Assembly (NCBI RefSeq): GCF_009914755.1
Contig: NC_060928.1
From: the human T2T-CHM13v2.0 reference genome, Homo sapiens
Length of the DNA: 64,000 nucleotides
Reading direction: 5' to 3' (one strand)
Shown: piece by piece, positions 35,169 to 49,437 of the stretch
How the letters are laid out: the number at the start of each line of letters is the position of its first letter
Position numbering within the stretch: position 1 is the first letter of the stretch
Made by a program: the position numbers and the translations under genes
Notes under the pieces: generated by a model
What the model was told of the DNA's origin: nothing
The model's input: only the letters and a program-made list of their open reading frames with translations
Databases searched by the model: none

Positions 35169-38100
35169 GTTGCCTTGAATACTCTTTTGTGTTTCTGTGG
35201 TATTGGTTGTAATATCTCTCATTTTTTTTCTAATTGAGCTTATTTGGATCTTCTCTCTTCTTGATTAATCTCACTAATGTTCTATGAATTTTATTTATCT
35301 TTTCAAAGAACCAGCTTTTAAAAACTTTCATTTATCTTTTGTATTTTTGTTTCTTTCAATTTCATTTAGTTCTGCTGTGATTTTTGTTACTTCCTTTCTT
35401 TTGCTGGATTTGGTTTGGATTGTTCTTCTTTCTCCAGTTCTGTGAGGTGTGATGTTAGATTCTCGGTCTATGCTTTTTTAGACTTTCAAATGTAAGCATT
35501 TAATGCTATGGTTTATAGTTGATTTTGAATTTTATTTCATTGTGGTCTGAGAGAGTACTTGATATAATTTCTATTGTCAGTCTGTGCTTTTTCAGACTTT
35601 CTAATGTAGGCATTTAATGCTATGAACTTTGCTGTTAGTACCACTTTTGCTGTATCCCAGAGGTTTTGATAGGTTGTGTCATTATTATCATTTAGTTCAA
35701 ATAATTTTTTAATTTCCATCTTGATTTCATTGTTGATCTAATGATCATTCAAGAGCAGGTTATTTAATTTCCATGTATTTGCATGGTTTTAAGGGTTACT
35801 TTGCAGTTGATTTTGAATTTTATTCCATTGTGGTCTGAGATAGTACTTGATGTAATTTCTATTTTCTTAAATTTATTGCGTGTTGTGGCTTATTGTATGG
35901 TTTATCTTGGAGAATGTTCCATGTGCTGATGAAAAGAATGTATATTCTGCAGTTGTTGGGTAGAATGTTGTATAAATATCTGCTAAGTCCATTTGTTGTA
36001 GGGTATACTTTAAGTCCATTGCTTCTTTGTTGACTTTGATTTTTGATGATGTGTCTAGTGCTGTCAGTGGAGTATTTAAAGTCCCCTCCCACCTTATAAC
36101 TGCATTGCCATCTATCTCATTCCATAGATCTAGTAGTAATTGTTTTATAAATTTGGGAGCTTGAGTGTTAGGTACGTATATATTTAGGATTGTGATATTT
36201 TCTTGTTAGATCAGTTTTTTTATTATCATATAATGTCCTTCTTTGTCTTTTTAAACTGTTGTGTTGCTTTAAACTCTGTTTTGTCTGATATAAGAATAGC
36301 TACTTCTGCTCATTTTTGGTGTCCATTTGCATGGAATATCTCTTTCTACCCCTTTAAATTATTTTGGTGTATTTTGAGGTTTCACTTCAAGATTTACAGC
36401 TCCTTTTAGCAGTTCTTGTAATGCTGGCTTGGTAGTGGCAAATTCTCCCAGCACTTTTTTTGTCTGGAAAAAAATGTATCTTTCCTTCATTTATGAAGTG
36501 TAGTTTTGCTGGATACAAAATTCTTGGCTGATAATCGTTTCATTTAAGGAGGCTAAAAATAAAACCTCAATCTCTTCTGGCCTATAGGGTTTCTGCTGAG
36601 AAATCTGCCATTAATCTGATAGGTTTTCCTTTATAGATTACCTGATGCTTTTCCTTCACAGATCTTAAGATTCTATTCTTTATCTTGACTTTAGATAACC
36701 TGATGACTATGTGCCTAGGCAATGATCTCTTTGCAATGAATTTCCCAGTTGTTCTTTGAGCTTCTTGTATTTGGAAGTCTAGATCTCTAGCAAGGCTGAG
36801 AAAGCTTTCCTTAATTTTTCCCTTAAATATGTTTTCCAAACTTTTAGATTTCTCTTCTTCCTTGGGACCACCAATTATTTTTAGGCTTGGATGTTTAACA
36901 TAGTCCCAAACTTCTTGGAGGTTTTGTTCATTCTTTGAAATTCTTTTTTCTTTGTCTTTGATGGATTGAGTTAATTAGAAAGCCTTGTCTTTGAGCTCTG
37001 AAGTTCTTTCTTCTGCTTGTTTGATTCTATTGCTGAGACTTTCCAGTACATTTTGAATTTCTCTAAGTGTACCCTTGATTTCCAGAAGTTGTGATTGCTT
37101 ATTATTTATGCTACCCATTTCACTGAAGAATTTTCTTTCATATAGCCTGTGTTTTTGATTTCTTTCAGTTGGACTTCACCTTTCTCTGGTGGCTCCTTGA
37201 TTAGCTTAATAATCGACCTTCTGAATATTTTTTCTGGCAATTCAGATATTTCCTCTTGGTTTGGATCCATTGCTGTTGAGCTGGTGTGATCTTTTGAGGG
37301 TGTTAAAGAAACTTGTTTTGTCATATTACCAGAATTGTTTTTCTGGTTCCTTCTCATCTGGGTAGACTATGTCAGAGGGAAAATCTGGGATTCAAGCGCT
37401 GCTGTTCAGATTCTTTTGTTCCACAAGGTGCTCTCTTGATGTGGTGTTTTCCCCCTTCCCCTAAAAATGGGGCTTCCTGAGAGCCGAACTGTAGTGATTG
37501 TTTTGCTCTTATGTCTAGCCACCCAGTGGAGCTACCAGACACTGGGCTGGTTTTGAAGAGTGTCTGCAAAGAGTCCTGTGATGTGATCCGTCTTCAGGTC
37601 TTGCAGCTGTAGATACCAGCACCTGCTCTGGTGGAGGTCTTAGGGGAGTGAAGTGGATTCTGTGAGGTTCCTTAGTTGTGTTTTTGTTTAGTGCACTGGT
37701 TTTGTGTTGGTTGGCCTCCAGTCAGGAGTTGGCACTTTCAAGAGCACATCAGCTGCAGTCCTATGGGGAGGATGCAAGCTTGCTCTAGAGATACCTGGTT
37801 AAATATTCAGGTTTCTCAGACATTGGGCAGGGCCATAGAACTCTCAACAGATTATGACTTTTGTTTTTTGGATACTAGGGTGGGTAGAGAAAGACCACCA
37901 GGTGGAGGCAGGGATTGGCGTGTCTGAGCTCCAACTCTCCTTGGGCAGAACTTGCTGCAGCTGCTGTGGTGGATAGGGATGTGGTTCCCAGGCCAATGGA
38001 ATTATACTCCCAGGGGGATTATGGCTGCCTCTGCTGAGTCATACAGGTCACCAGGGAAGTGGGAAAGCCAGCAGTCCCAGGCCTCACCCCTCTCCCATGC

Positions 38101-38759
38101 AGCCCACAGTCCTAAAGTCCAGACTCACTCCCACAGTACCCCTGGCAACAGCACTGAGTCTATTTCCAGGCAGCTGGTGACCAGGGCTGAGAATTTGCCC
38201 AGACCATGAGCCTCCTCATTGAAAACGCAAGATGACTCACAGTTTTTGGGCATTTCAGGGAGCCTGCAGTAGTGATCCAGTTCCTTCAAAAGACTGGTGA
38301 ATTTTCTTAGCTTTTCCTGGTATGTTCTGTAGTACTTCCTGGAGCAAAAGTTCAAGATGTGAGTCTCCACATGCTGCTCTGTCCATCTGAGCTGGAGCTG
38401 CAAGCTAGTTCTGCCTCTTACCCACCATCTTAATCCAATTCCTACTCCATATTAGGTTTCAGCAAAAGGGTCTCGCCAACCACCCCCAGCAAACCCAGGC
38501 ATGCTTTCTGCATTCTTGCTGCACTTTGACTCACCTTCTGTGCCTGTTCTTGAGTTCCTCAAAGACATTGCTGGCATCTTCTCCATTTTCCTTGCATTTC
38601 CTAGCCCATCCCTGGCATGTAGATACCATGAATAAAGGAATTTACCTCTATTAGCCAAGAAATGCATCTCACTTGCCAATTTCACCATGCTTGCATTTCA
38701 ATGGCAGAGAATTTAGAAGCACTTCAGCATAGGAAGGCAGTGTCTTGTTAAAAATATTA

Positions 38760-38965
38760 GCTACACCTTGTACTGAGTCATTCCTCTGTGCCAGGCATTC
38801 TGCTAAGTGCTTTACAAATATTATCATGTTTATCTTCATTATAACTATGTAAAGCAGACATAATTATTAAACCCAGTTTACAGATATGGAAACTGAGGCT
38901 CAGCAAGGTTAAATTAAATGCTCCAGGTCACACAACCAGGAAGGGAAAAGCCAAAGTTCCCATCT
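38760..38965 (-). mobile_element. MIR
   Basis: tgtgccaggcattctgctaagtgcttta...tttacagatatggaaactgaggctcag. Confidence 0.8.
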
Positions 38966-40199
38966 AATTACAGCACACTCTCTTCTACTGCACATGGAAT
39001 TAGAACAACCTATTGGGGCAAAATATGCAGTCTCTCCTCTTCCAATCATAACAAATGGATTTAAATATATCAAAAAGTATTCTTAGGGAAGCAATGTTCC
39101 TATATGATCAAAAAGTTGTCGGTGCTTTTTCTTAAAAAGTGAATATGGTAAGGAAACACAATTAACCTGCTGAATTTGAACTCCAATTTTATTTAGACTG
39201 AGTGTAATAAGAGGCATGCTTAAGGTAGTTTTAAAAATTTAAAGTCCCAATAAAAATCTTATTCTGAGAAATTGTTTTTTTGTTGTTGTTGTTTATTCAA
39301 TTAGGTTACTTCTAGAACAGAAACAGTGCTATGCGGTTGTGAAGTAAAAAATCTCTTCTTTTTTACTTGAGCCCATGAATTCTTAGTTAAAATACCTAAC
39401 TTATTGCTCATATCAATAATTAAGCAGCAGAGGAAAGATTTATCATGGTACTTTTGTGCTCAGCGATGCCAGAATTATGTACTAATCCTTGTGTCAAGAT
39501 AAAATTCCCTGCTGAGATGCCCAGGAAGACATGCCGTCACCACCTGCAACAGCATTAACTCACTGTGCTTTTAGGAAATTGATACATGTTAAGGACAAAA
39601 GTCATTTTTAGACAGAGCAAGAGTACATTTGGCAACAGGCAGAAGCTAAAAGGGAATTTTAACTTGTGGCTCCATACAACTGACTCAAATAGGATATTTG
39701 AACATAAAGAAGTCAGGACTAGTTGGCAGCTTATCACGACAGAATTGCATAGCTCCTCACAGTTGTAAACTATTTTTGTAAAAGTTCAGTGGAGTAGCAG
39801 CAGCAGCAGCAGCTGGTTACTGCAGTGTCTTTCTTCCATCAGGCAAATAACTGATGGCTCTCAGGATACCTGGCAAATAACCCTGGCAGAAAGGTGCCAT
39901 TTCCCCCAAATTCAGCAAAGAATTGTACTAAATTCTACAGTGCCCAGCTCATTGCCATTAGCACTCCCAGCCCTCATTTTTGCATTAGCTTTTGAAAGGA
40001 AAGGCCCTCTTTCCTTCCTGTCTGGTTCTTCCTCATGATTACTGCAATCCTTAGCACTTTTTGTGGTTTGACTGGTTAATTCCCATGTAATGGGTGGAAA
40101 AAGCCCTGAAGCATGGAAAAGTTACAGGATTAACTGTGTTTGTAGGGTGAACCAATACTAAGGTGAAAATCTCCTTTAGTAGGTTAATAATAAAAAGCA

Positions 40200-40425
40200 T
40201 AAAAATAGCTACCTCCATTTTTATGTGGTCTAGTTGCTACATACTGTTGCCTTATAACCATTTTCTTCTTTATTCCTCATACCAAGTCTGCAAAGCAGGC
40301 TTTAATTGAGCTCATTTAACAGATTAAAAAGACAAAACAAAACAAAAACTGAGGCTGAAGGAGACAGCAACTTGCCCAAGGTCACATATTCAGTAAGTGG
40401 CAGAGTGTCTGAGTCCAAAGCATAA
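40200..40425 (-). mobile_element. MIR
   Basis: aaactgaggct...aacttgcccaaggtcaca...agtaagtggcagag. Confidence 0.7.
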
Positions 40426-42749
40426 AAGTTCCCTATCTTGTGAAGTGATATTCCATTAAGGACAGCCTTGGTTCACAAGGCGGTCCCAGGTTTAGCTTTG
40501 GCTAAGCACACAGTACATTGGTAGCCTGTGTCACACAGTTACATTATTGTTCTCTTTTCTAATCCCCTGTATGTGCCAACCCTTATAACAGGGACAATGT
40601 GCTATTTCTTTAAGCATCCATTGCATATCCTAGGGTGCAGACATGTATCTGGTACTTAATCATTGTTGATTGATGCTTTTTATATTGGAAACAGTGTTTC
40701 TCTTCCTTCAATAAATAAACACTCATTAAAGCCCACTTTTGTGCTGACAGTGTAGTACTTTCTATGCGAAATAGTAAAATGAAGATTCTACCCATCTTGC
40801 CCTCAAAGAAATCTAGAAAATGGGGAGCATCATGTATGTAGGGAAGAGGAACCTTGCTCACACTTTTCCTCTTCCCCTTCCTTGCATCTCCCCACAAAAA
40901 GAGGCAGTTATAATCTGATTGGTCTGGTTCCAGAACACTTTTTTGGCCACACTTACTGATGGGCGGTGTTACTATTTAACTTTTAAGAGTTTCTGTCTTT
41001 CCTCCCTTCCAGTGCATGTGGTACAATTTGTAAATTGAACTAAGGTCTCTTTAGTTACCTGGCCATCTTTTTATGATGTTTTTATCTTTTTATCCACATA
41101 CTTAAAGCTTACTGGGCTTTTTAGTTCTCATACTATGTGATAAACTAGAAAATGAGATCCAAGATTTAGATTCTGGCTTGATGCAGACACAATGCTATGG
41201 AGGCCTTGAGCATAAGCTGTGGGTTTTAATCCAGGGTTATGAAAGCTCTAAATTGGGGAGAAGTGGTCACTAGCCCAGCCATAAGTTGGTACTTTGTTTT
41301 CCACTTGCTGTTATCCCTGATGTGTAAATTTCACTTGGGAACTTGGTGGAGAAGATGACTGGCAAGGATTTTTAGGTCCCTGCCCTTAATGCCATAAAAT
41401 ACCACTAAAACTCTACTACCTGACCTAACCCAGTAGCTACATCACAGAGACAGGACAAAGTGTTATCATCAAGGCTCAATCCACATGCTATAGGACTCCA
41501 GGAAAGCTCACTATCAACTTGAGGGCATTGGGCGAATGTATGTACTTTTTAGGTTTCTTTTCTCAATACTGGTTCAAACAATGGACTTGTTATGTAAAGA
41601 ACACTGAGGGCTAAGCAATTCATGTAATAGGCTTGAGTGACAGCTTGTCATCAGCATTCGAAAAGAGACTGATAGACAATTTGGCTAACAAGGCCAACAA
41701 CTCTGGTATCTGCAGTGGGAAGACTTATCTATGTAAAATTCAACATCCACGGCTCTCATTTATTAATGTCCTATTAGTCATAGTCCTTAAGGCCTATTAA
41801 ATTCAAATAACTTCTTGGGTACCTGTTAGAGAATGTGATAAACTACGTAGTTTTGTACCCTGTAACAAGTCCAGACATATAATAGCTTTTTAAAAACTTA
41901 GGGTCACATTCAATAACACTTTAAACTTATACTCCAAACACCAGTACTTCACTACTACACTGATTCTTATTACTATATTTGTGTTTTAATGTGATCCTAC
42001 CCCTTTAAAATGAATCCCACTCTCTCTTTATAATGATTTCTGTGTGTGTAATCAATTTGCTTCTCCCCTCTGTGAGGAGAAATGGCTGTGGATCTCGCAC
42101 AGATGCTACCAAGTAGAATGACCTTCAGCAGGCAGAGATAAACAAGAGCTGCTTTTCATCTCCCAACCATTGATTTTCTGCAAGTCAACCACAAAACTGC
42201 TTTGAAGTCCAGGAGAGAGGTGCAAGGGAAGAGGGAGATAAAACCGAAGGGAAGGGTGGATTTGAAACAAAGTTAATCTCTGCCATCTAGGTGTAGATAG
42301 TTATTGGCAAAACTGAACCTGCCAGGTTGCATTGAGAGAATTTAGATTATTGTAAAAAGTGTGTTTTAAATTGGTAAAACTGGGTTTGGAAAGGGTGGCA
42401 TATAAAACAAAGAGAAGTCTGAAAGGATCTTGCATAAAATTTATAAACTTAGCAGAAATAATTGCTTTAAATAGAATTAAACAGTATCAGGTGTGCAGTG
42501 TATAATCTTAATACTGCTTGTGAAGTCTTCCATTTTGTTTATGTTGCATAATAGGAAAGGTATATGGATTGTAAGAGTAATTATTTGTTGTGTCAATATT
42601 CTCTAAAAACTACACAATAGATCAAGAGTTTGGCTTGATAGTTTTCCAGAACAGTTATGACTTTTATAAAAATTATACACATATTTGAATAATACTTTTC
42701 CATTGACAAAATACTTTTCTATGAGCTTCAACATAAACCTAGGAGACAG

Positions 42750-42880
42750 GCTAGATAAATGCTATTACCTCTTTTATATATGAGGAACCAGAGCCTGAGC
42801 GAACCCATGTGAACTGCCCAGAGAGACACTGAAAAAAACAGTGGAGGGGCCAGTACTAGAGAATCCAAGTTCTCTGATAA
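42750..42880 (-). mobile_element. MIR fragment
   Basis: ttttatatatgaggaaccagagcct...gaactgccca. Confidence 0.45.
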
Positions 42881-45800
42881 TTGATCTCCTTTTCTTCCTG
42901 TAGGCTCCCTGTAATTTGAGGTTTAAGCGAGAGGAAAACTTGAACCCTCCCTTCCCCCTCTTCTTCCTGAAACGTGTTGTTTTTGTCAGGGTGGTCTTTT
43001 TCAATGTACTCTTAACATGATAGTGTTGGGATCTTAGAACATATTTCTTATTCTTAAGATGTCTGGAGGTTAAATGCTGACACTGAAAATCTGGAGACCC
43101 TGCTTTGAAGACAGTCATTACTTTGACCACTGTGGAGGTTTGAGCTTCCTGAATAGTGCTGCATAAAGTAGGATTTACCACAATTCTGGGGGGCTTAAGG
43201 AAACTTAGTGTTGTGAAATGAAAGATCCTCGAGAAAGTTTAACCATGAACACTAAACAAATGCCAGCCAACCTGAAACCTCAGCTCACAGTTCTTCCTCA
43301 TTCCAGCCTTCCAGGATCTGGGTAAACAAAAAAATACGTGTGCCATTTGAGGGGAAAGCTGTCATGGAGGAGCTGAGGTTTCACCTGCCCTTGAAATGGC
43401 TGAAGCACTCATGTGCTCTCAAGGAGCAATACAATTATCATGACCTGGACCAACAAGTATCTGGTAGAGGTATATGTGTGGGATGACAACCTTTGGAGTT
43501 GTCAGTAGGTCCCTTTCACAATTTTCTGTTTTCATTTGGTTATTTTTATACAACTAATTTGTATCAGATATTTAATTTAGTATTTTGTTCAGATCCTAAA
43601 AATCATCATTTAGTTTTAGCTGGTAAGTAATAAAGTACACATCCAATAATACACTCACATAAAATTTCAGTCAGGCTTTATAATAAATGCCTAACAGCTT
43701 TTTAAAAGTGGTTCAGTTAACGTCCTGGGCAGGACAAGCTAATTAAAAGGGTTAAGTAATTGCAACAATTAATTTCCTTATTAATTAATTTTTTTTGCAA
43801 TAACAGAATTTTGCTGACAATAATTAACTTTAATATTAATTTTGATATTACTTCACTTAATCAAACAGGGCAATTTAAAATTCATTTCAGAATGACATAG
43901 AGTTAGTGATTTACAGGGCAATTAATATAGTCAGCCTCTGCCTGAGCTATTATCATTTTATGGGATGGTTTCTTTACAAATATGTAACATCTTGCTTTAT
44001 GTAAGTTATATAAGTTACCACTGAAATTTTAAATAGTTATATTGCTGCATAGGGTTCATGTTAAAATAACATGTCACTTAAATGAGTGTTAAGATTTAAT
44101 CTATTAAAATCACCTCCTTTTTATTATTTCATTCACTTTAACGTACATACACATGTGACTTACAAGTAAACATATTTTGGGATATGGGCTTAAATGCCTC
44201 ATCAGCACATTTCGTGTCCAGTGTGTTTTATAAAATATTAGTAAAGCATCAGTCATGATAGAGGCTTCAATCTATTTTCATTTTTTTAAATAATTATGAA
44301 TATCTGTAGGTATGTTTACTTTTGAAATATGAACTAGTCTAGTCCTCTATTACCTGGGATGCTGTTAGACTTAATCTGTTTGGATTCATGTTAGTTAATT
44401 TTTTAAAAAGGGGGGATATTTTAAAGTTTCTTCATTATCAGGAAAACACTCTTCTCATGCTTCTTTTTAGGTACCAAATCATGGCAGAAATCAAAATGAC
44501 TATCTGACAGTTGTTAATACGAAAAAAATCCTGTTACAAACTAAACATAGATAAACCATTATTTAGGAGGATTGTATAGTCATTGAGTTGTCGTAGCCCA
44601 AAGTAGGGTTAAAAACTTTTTAATACCTATTACCTCTATCAGAGTAATTTGAGAAACAACTCAAACTAACCTCCTACCTCTGAGTCATTATTTGTGATAT
44701 ATATATTTTTTGCTACAGAGGTAAATGGATAAATCCCTGGAAATGGCTTCTGCCTGTTTATGCCAGTTGCTCAGGGTAGGTCTTCATCAGAAGGCATCTC
44801 AGGAAGGCCTCTCCAGAGCACAGTCATACTAGGACAGTGTGGGATGGGAGCAGATCCCGAGATCTTTGAAAATTAGGAAACAAGCTCAGAGTAGGGAGTT
44901 AAAATGGTCACACTAGGCATTACATTTAGACAGATGTTTTATCCTGTCATCTTATACTGCCACATGTAATTAATGACAATATAATATGTCCAGAGATTTA
45001 AAAAAATCCTCATTTATGTAAATCCTGCTTATTCAACAATAATATGATTCCCTTCTTGGTTGCACATCACTTTGCAAACTACCGTCTCTGCCATCTGGCC
45101 TCAATCCAATAGCTCTATTTCTCACATGCCTTTCAAATCCTTAATGACCTTATATGGAGTCTGTGGCTATGAACGCATGGTATATGGAATTATTAATGAT
45201 CTTAAAGATAATTTTAGAAAATATACGCTATCTGGCAAATAATAAATTATCAGGATAGTTTACCTCAAAGCATAAAACTATATTTTAAAGTTAGCAAGTG
45301 ACTTAAATGACCTCTATTTCTTCTGTGATTAATAGATTCAGAAACTAGCTATCCCCCACTCCCCCACCTTGACTTTCCACACATGACTGGGAAACTGATA
45401 GGAGGACTTTTCTTATTCTTCAAGCCTGGTCCCTGGCTAAGACATAGAAAACAAAGGTTAAAAGCCAACTTTGATCCTGTATATCAAGGATTGTACTGTA
45501 GACAGAGACAATGTGTTTCTCTACCAGAGATGTTTTTCTGAGGAAGGTTGCCTTGAAGGTGAAAGGTAACTTAAAACATAGCAAAAGTTCCTGAAAATAG
45601 TGATTCTTCCCTCAGAGTAGAATGCTCAAATGCAGTCTTTTTTTGAAAGTGTGGAGGATGAGGAGGTGAGAGTGCCATCCTCTAAGGGCTGATATTAAGT
45701 GGCATTTCCAAGTAATAGAGTCAGTAGTCAGTTTAATCGACACTTTCACTGCTTCATTTTTGTACCCCACACATTATATAATACAGCGACTGACTCAAAG

Positions 45801-46061
45801 TTGGTCTGCAATAAATATGTAATGAATTGAAACTGGTGCCCTTTACTTTCTTTATCTGTATATGATGAGCAGAAAAATAGGCAAAGAATCAGAAAAGCAG
45901 AATTGCAATTTTGAATCTGCCTTTTACTAGCTATGTGATCTTTGCAAAATCTTTTCACTTTTCTTATTGTTTTGAACAATGACATTTGGATTGAATAATC
46001 TTTAACATTCCTTTTACTTTCACAATCTACAGAAAATATAATGACCCTAGGATGATTGAAT

Positions 46062-46280
46062 CAATGATGCACTAGTAAATGTTATTGACTGGCTCTCAAA
46101 AATAAATAAAAAGTTTTAAAAAGAGCCTGATTTGGAATACTTGCCTATTTCTATGGTGCAAATACCCCTGATGTGGCTGATTATAAGCTACTAACCTGAG
46201 ATCACTGACCACGGAGTTGAGAAGAGATGAGAACATTCAGCTCTTTCAAGCTATGAGGAGCCAGTTCCAGAGCAATACAG
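46062..46280. mobile_element. MER63-like hAT element
   Basis: tagtaaatg...gcctgatttg...ggtgcaaatac...aagctactaac...ggagttgagaagagatg...gagccagttccag. Confidence 0.7.
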
Positions 46281-46681
46281 GACTTAGAATAATAAATCAT
46301 TCTACTCTATAGGACTGAAAATATGCTAATACAACTGAGAAAAAATTAATAACAGAATAAGAATGGGTTTCCAGGTTAATGAGAAAATTAAGTCTCCTTT
46401 GCAAGGATTATCTTAGGTTTTAATGCTAGTGATCACACTAGTATAGTCTTTTAAAAAATGGTAGGCCATGTACTGTTTCTTAAGTCACATCTATATATAA
46501 TGAGAGTAAAAGTTGAATCTTTTAGCGTGGCAGGAAGCAATATTTAGAATCTGATCTAATGCTTTAAATGCATTTGTTATAGCTCCAAGATTAGTCATAG
46601 GCCAAGACAGAACAGTGTTTTAACCCCCACCACCCAGGGGATTAATATCTAGAAATGTTGGCAATGTAGTGCTTTGGTACC

Positions 46682-46753
46682 AATTAGAACAGAACAGTAT
46701 TTAGAACTGTTTATTAGAACAGATCAGTATTATTAGAATAGAACAGTATTATT
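46682..46753 (+). repeat. Degenerate tandem repeat, unit ~TATTAGAACAGAACAGTAT x3-4
   Basis: attagaacagaacagtat / ttagaactgtt / tattagaacagatcagtat / tattagaatagaacagtat. Confidence 0.85.
46710..46715 (-). promoter_or_regulatory. TBCK: Candidate distal poly(A) signal AATAAA (long ~5 kb 3'UTR)
   Basis: TTTATT on + strand inside a short tandem repeat. Consistent with my unverified recollection of a long-UTR TBCK isoform. Confidence 0.5.
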
Positions 46754-47442
46754 GAAATGCTGCAGACAATGCAAACTAATAATAGGTCCTCTGAAAGGAA
46801 TGAGAAAGGATATTAAAGAATAACAACTTAAAAGGAGACATTAGGCCTGAAAGTCACCGTAGAAGCTATACAGATCACAATCTATCTATAGAACACTGAA
46901 TATGCCAAGATCCAAGTTTAGTTTTCATGTTACAAGCACCTATCATAAGGCATTAACAGGAAAATTACTCAGAAAAGATATAAATACATGTGACTTTATA
47001 AAATATGGCTAACTTTTAAAATAGGTATTTACAATGTGTACTGTTTCTAATATTGTATGAGATAAAACTGGATTACAAAACCTAAAGGTTGTGTGTGAGC
47101 AATTACATACCCTGTTAAATGTCAAGTGTCAGTTAAAGTTTGAAACTCTTCACCATTAGTTTTCCACATAAAATTGAAGTTGGTAGCTGTGAAGAGGGTT
47201 TGGTCTTGACATTGAACATCCAAACTAAAATTGATCATAAATATTACCATTTTGCTTCCAATCTGATTTAATCAACATTTATCAAGAAAAATGCATTATT
47301 TGGTTAATAACAGCTATATTTTGGGTCAGCATGTATAACAATGGGATTACTAGTTACAACTGATAGAATGAAATATCTGCCAACCCTTTCTATATAGTCA
47401 AGGCAGCAGTCTTCTCTCCTTGTAGTGGATTTTATTAAATAA

Positions 47443-47722
<280 letters not shown>

Positions 47723-48834
47723 AATAAGATTCTTTTGAGATGCTATAGAATCCTTTTGATACTAATTCCCAAAGGAATATTTTTTGGTAACTATTTGGAG
47801 GAGGAAAGCACAGGAATCCAACAAAAATCTGGCACCACTGTGTCCTCTAAAAGTTTTATATAATTCATTGTTTTCCTTTTAAAGTGCACTAAAGCCTGTT
47901 CTAAATCAGGAACTTACCCCAGACTTTCCACTGAACAACTCTGTCTGTAACAGATTTTTCTTCCTTCATCAAGAATAACCAGGCCAATGACAATCTCCTC
48001 TGTAGCTTCCCTAATTTGGCGGGAAGTTATGTCTTGTCATTTCATGGAGCGGAGTTCCTTGAGACGGTCACTTCATAAAGAGGTCTTAATTAGAACTCCC
48101 ACCCATAAGATCCAAAGCTATGTCTTCTATTCCTATATGTATTCCAAAACCTGAGTTCTTGGGGCTTATATTGATACTGGGTATCCCACGGGCCTAAAAG
48201 CTGTGCCTTTCAGGTCCTTTTCATTTCTGACATCAAAAAACTTCTTTCTTTCAAACTTGGTTAAGCATTAGTTATTTTTAATATGCTTTTTGAATCTAAC
48301 ATTTCTGTATTTTGAAAAGAGGATGCAACTAGATTAAATTACCTTATTTTGGAAGTTATCTGCTCCAACTTCTAGAATTATCAGATTTTAGAGCTGGATG
48401 GGACTTTAGAGATCCTTTTTTCACTCCATGAATTGAGATTTCAATTTATTTCTATACTATCAGGTACCAGATAAGTTTGGCAGTTGAAAAAAATTACCAC
48501 AGGTTATTTTTATTTTTCTCCCTTCAAATAGATTCTAAAATTGATAGATTCAATTTTATATTAATTGAGCATATCCAATGTGGTGGGTTGCTGAAGGTAG
48601 CAAGAGGTATAAATTATAGCTCCTGATCTTAAGCAGCTCATATTTTAATAGGGGACTAAATGTAAACAAACGATTGCAAAATGATGTAATAAATCTATTA
48701 TTAGTAAATTATGAATGGAATGCTTTAGTAGATTTGGGGCTCTTAGTGCAGCATGGGGAAGCCAGAGAAGACTGGAGGAGGTACACTGTTGTTGCTAGAT
48801 TATCAAGAGTTAATAAGTGTGTTTATGAATGTGA

Positions 48835-48856
48835 GTGTGTGTGTGTGTGTGTGTGT
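48835..48856 (+). repeat. (GT)n microsatellite
   Basis: Directly visible. Confidence 0.85.
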
Positions 48857-49431
48857 ATGTATATCTGTGTGGGCTGGTGGTGGTACTTATGGCATTCCAG
48901 GTAAAGCCAGAAACAGTGCTGATAGTCATCGTGTAGGAATCAATAATACATTAAAAAGGAACTCAAATAAATCCTGGGTTATATACGTTTAATCTAACAA
49001 ATAGTTGTTGAGGTCAACTGTTCGTATCATCCACCATGAAATAACATGCCCTGTGTATAAACATGGCAGTGATAGTGTGCTCTTACTTTACTGTTGAGAA
49101 TATTAAATATTATAATTTTCATGTTTAAAAAACTTCAATTTCTTGGAATAAGCCTAAATGTGTCGTTTTAAGAAAGATCAAATGCAAAATCATGACAGAG
49201 GGTTGCTACTATTATCTTCTTACATAGCTCTCTTCACAAGGTCTTCATCCTCTCCTACTACCTACCACCTTATTCAACTCAAATCACTGCCCCTCCATCC
49301 CTCTCTTCTCTGCTTTCTCAGTAAGGCAGAGTTAAGACTCAGAATGATCATCAATGGTGCATTCTGATTATGAACTCAGGTAAGTCATCAAAGACTGAAG
49401 GAAGAAAATAGTAATTGCCAGGACAGGAGGA

Positions 49432-49437
49432 TTTAAT
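49432..49437 (-). promoter_or_regulatory. TBCK: Candidate intermediate poly(A) signal ATTAAA
   Basis: TTTAAT on + strand; U-rich sequence downstream on the minus strand (tattttcttccttc). Confidence 0.4.

Noticed and set aside
42774-43181. 135-aa basic (K/R-rich) minus-strand ORF
   Set aside because: Non-ATG start, overlaps a MIR, basic residues come from the antisense of a pyrimidine tract, no recognisable domain.
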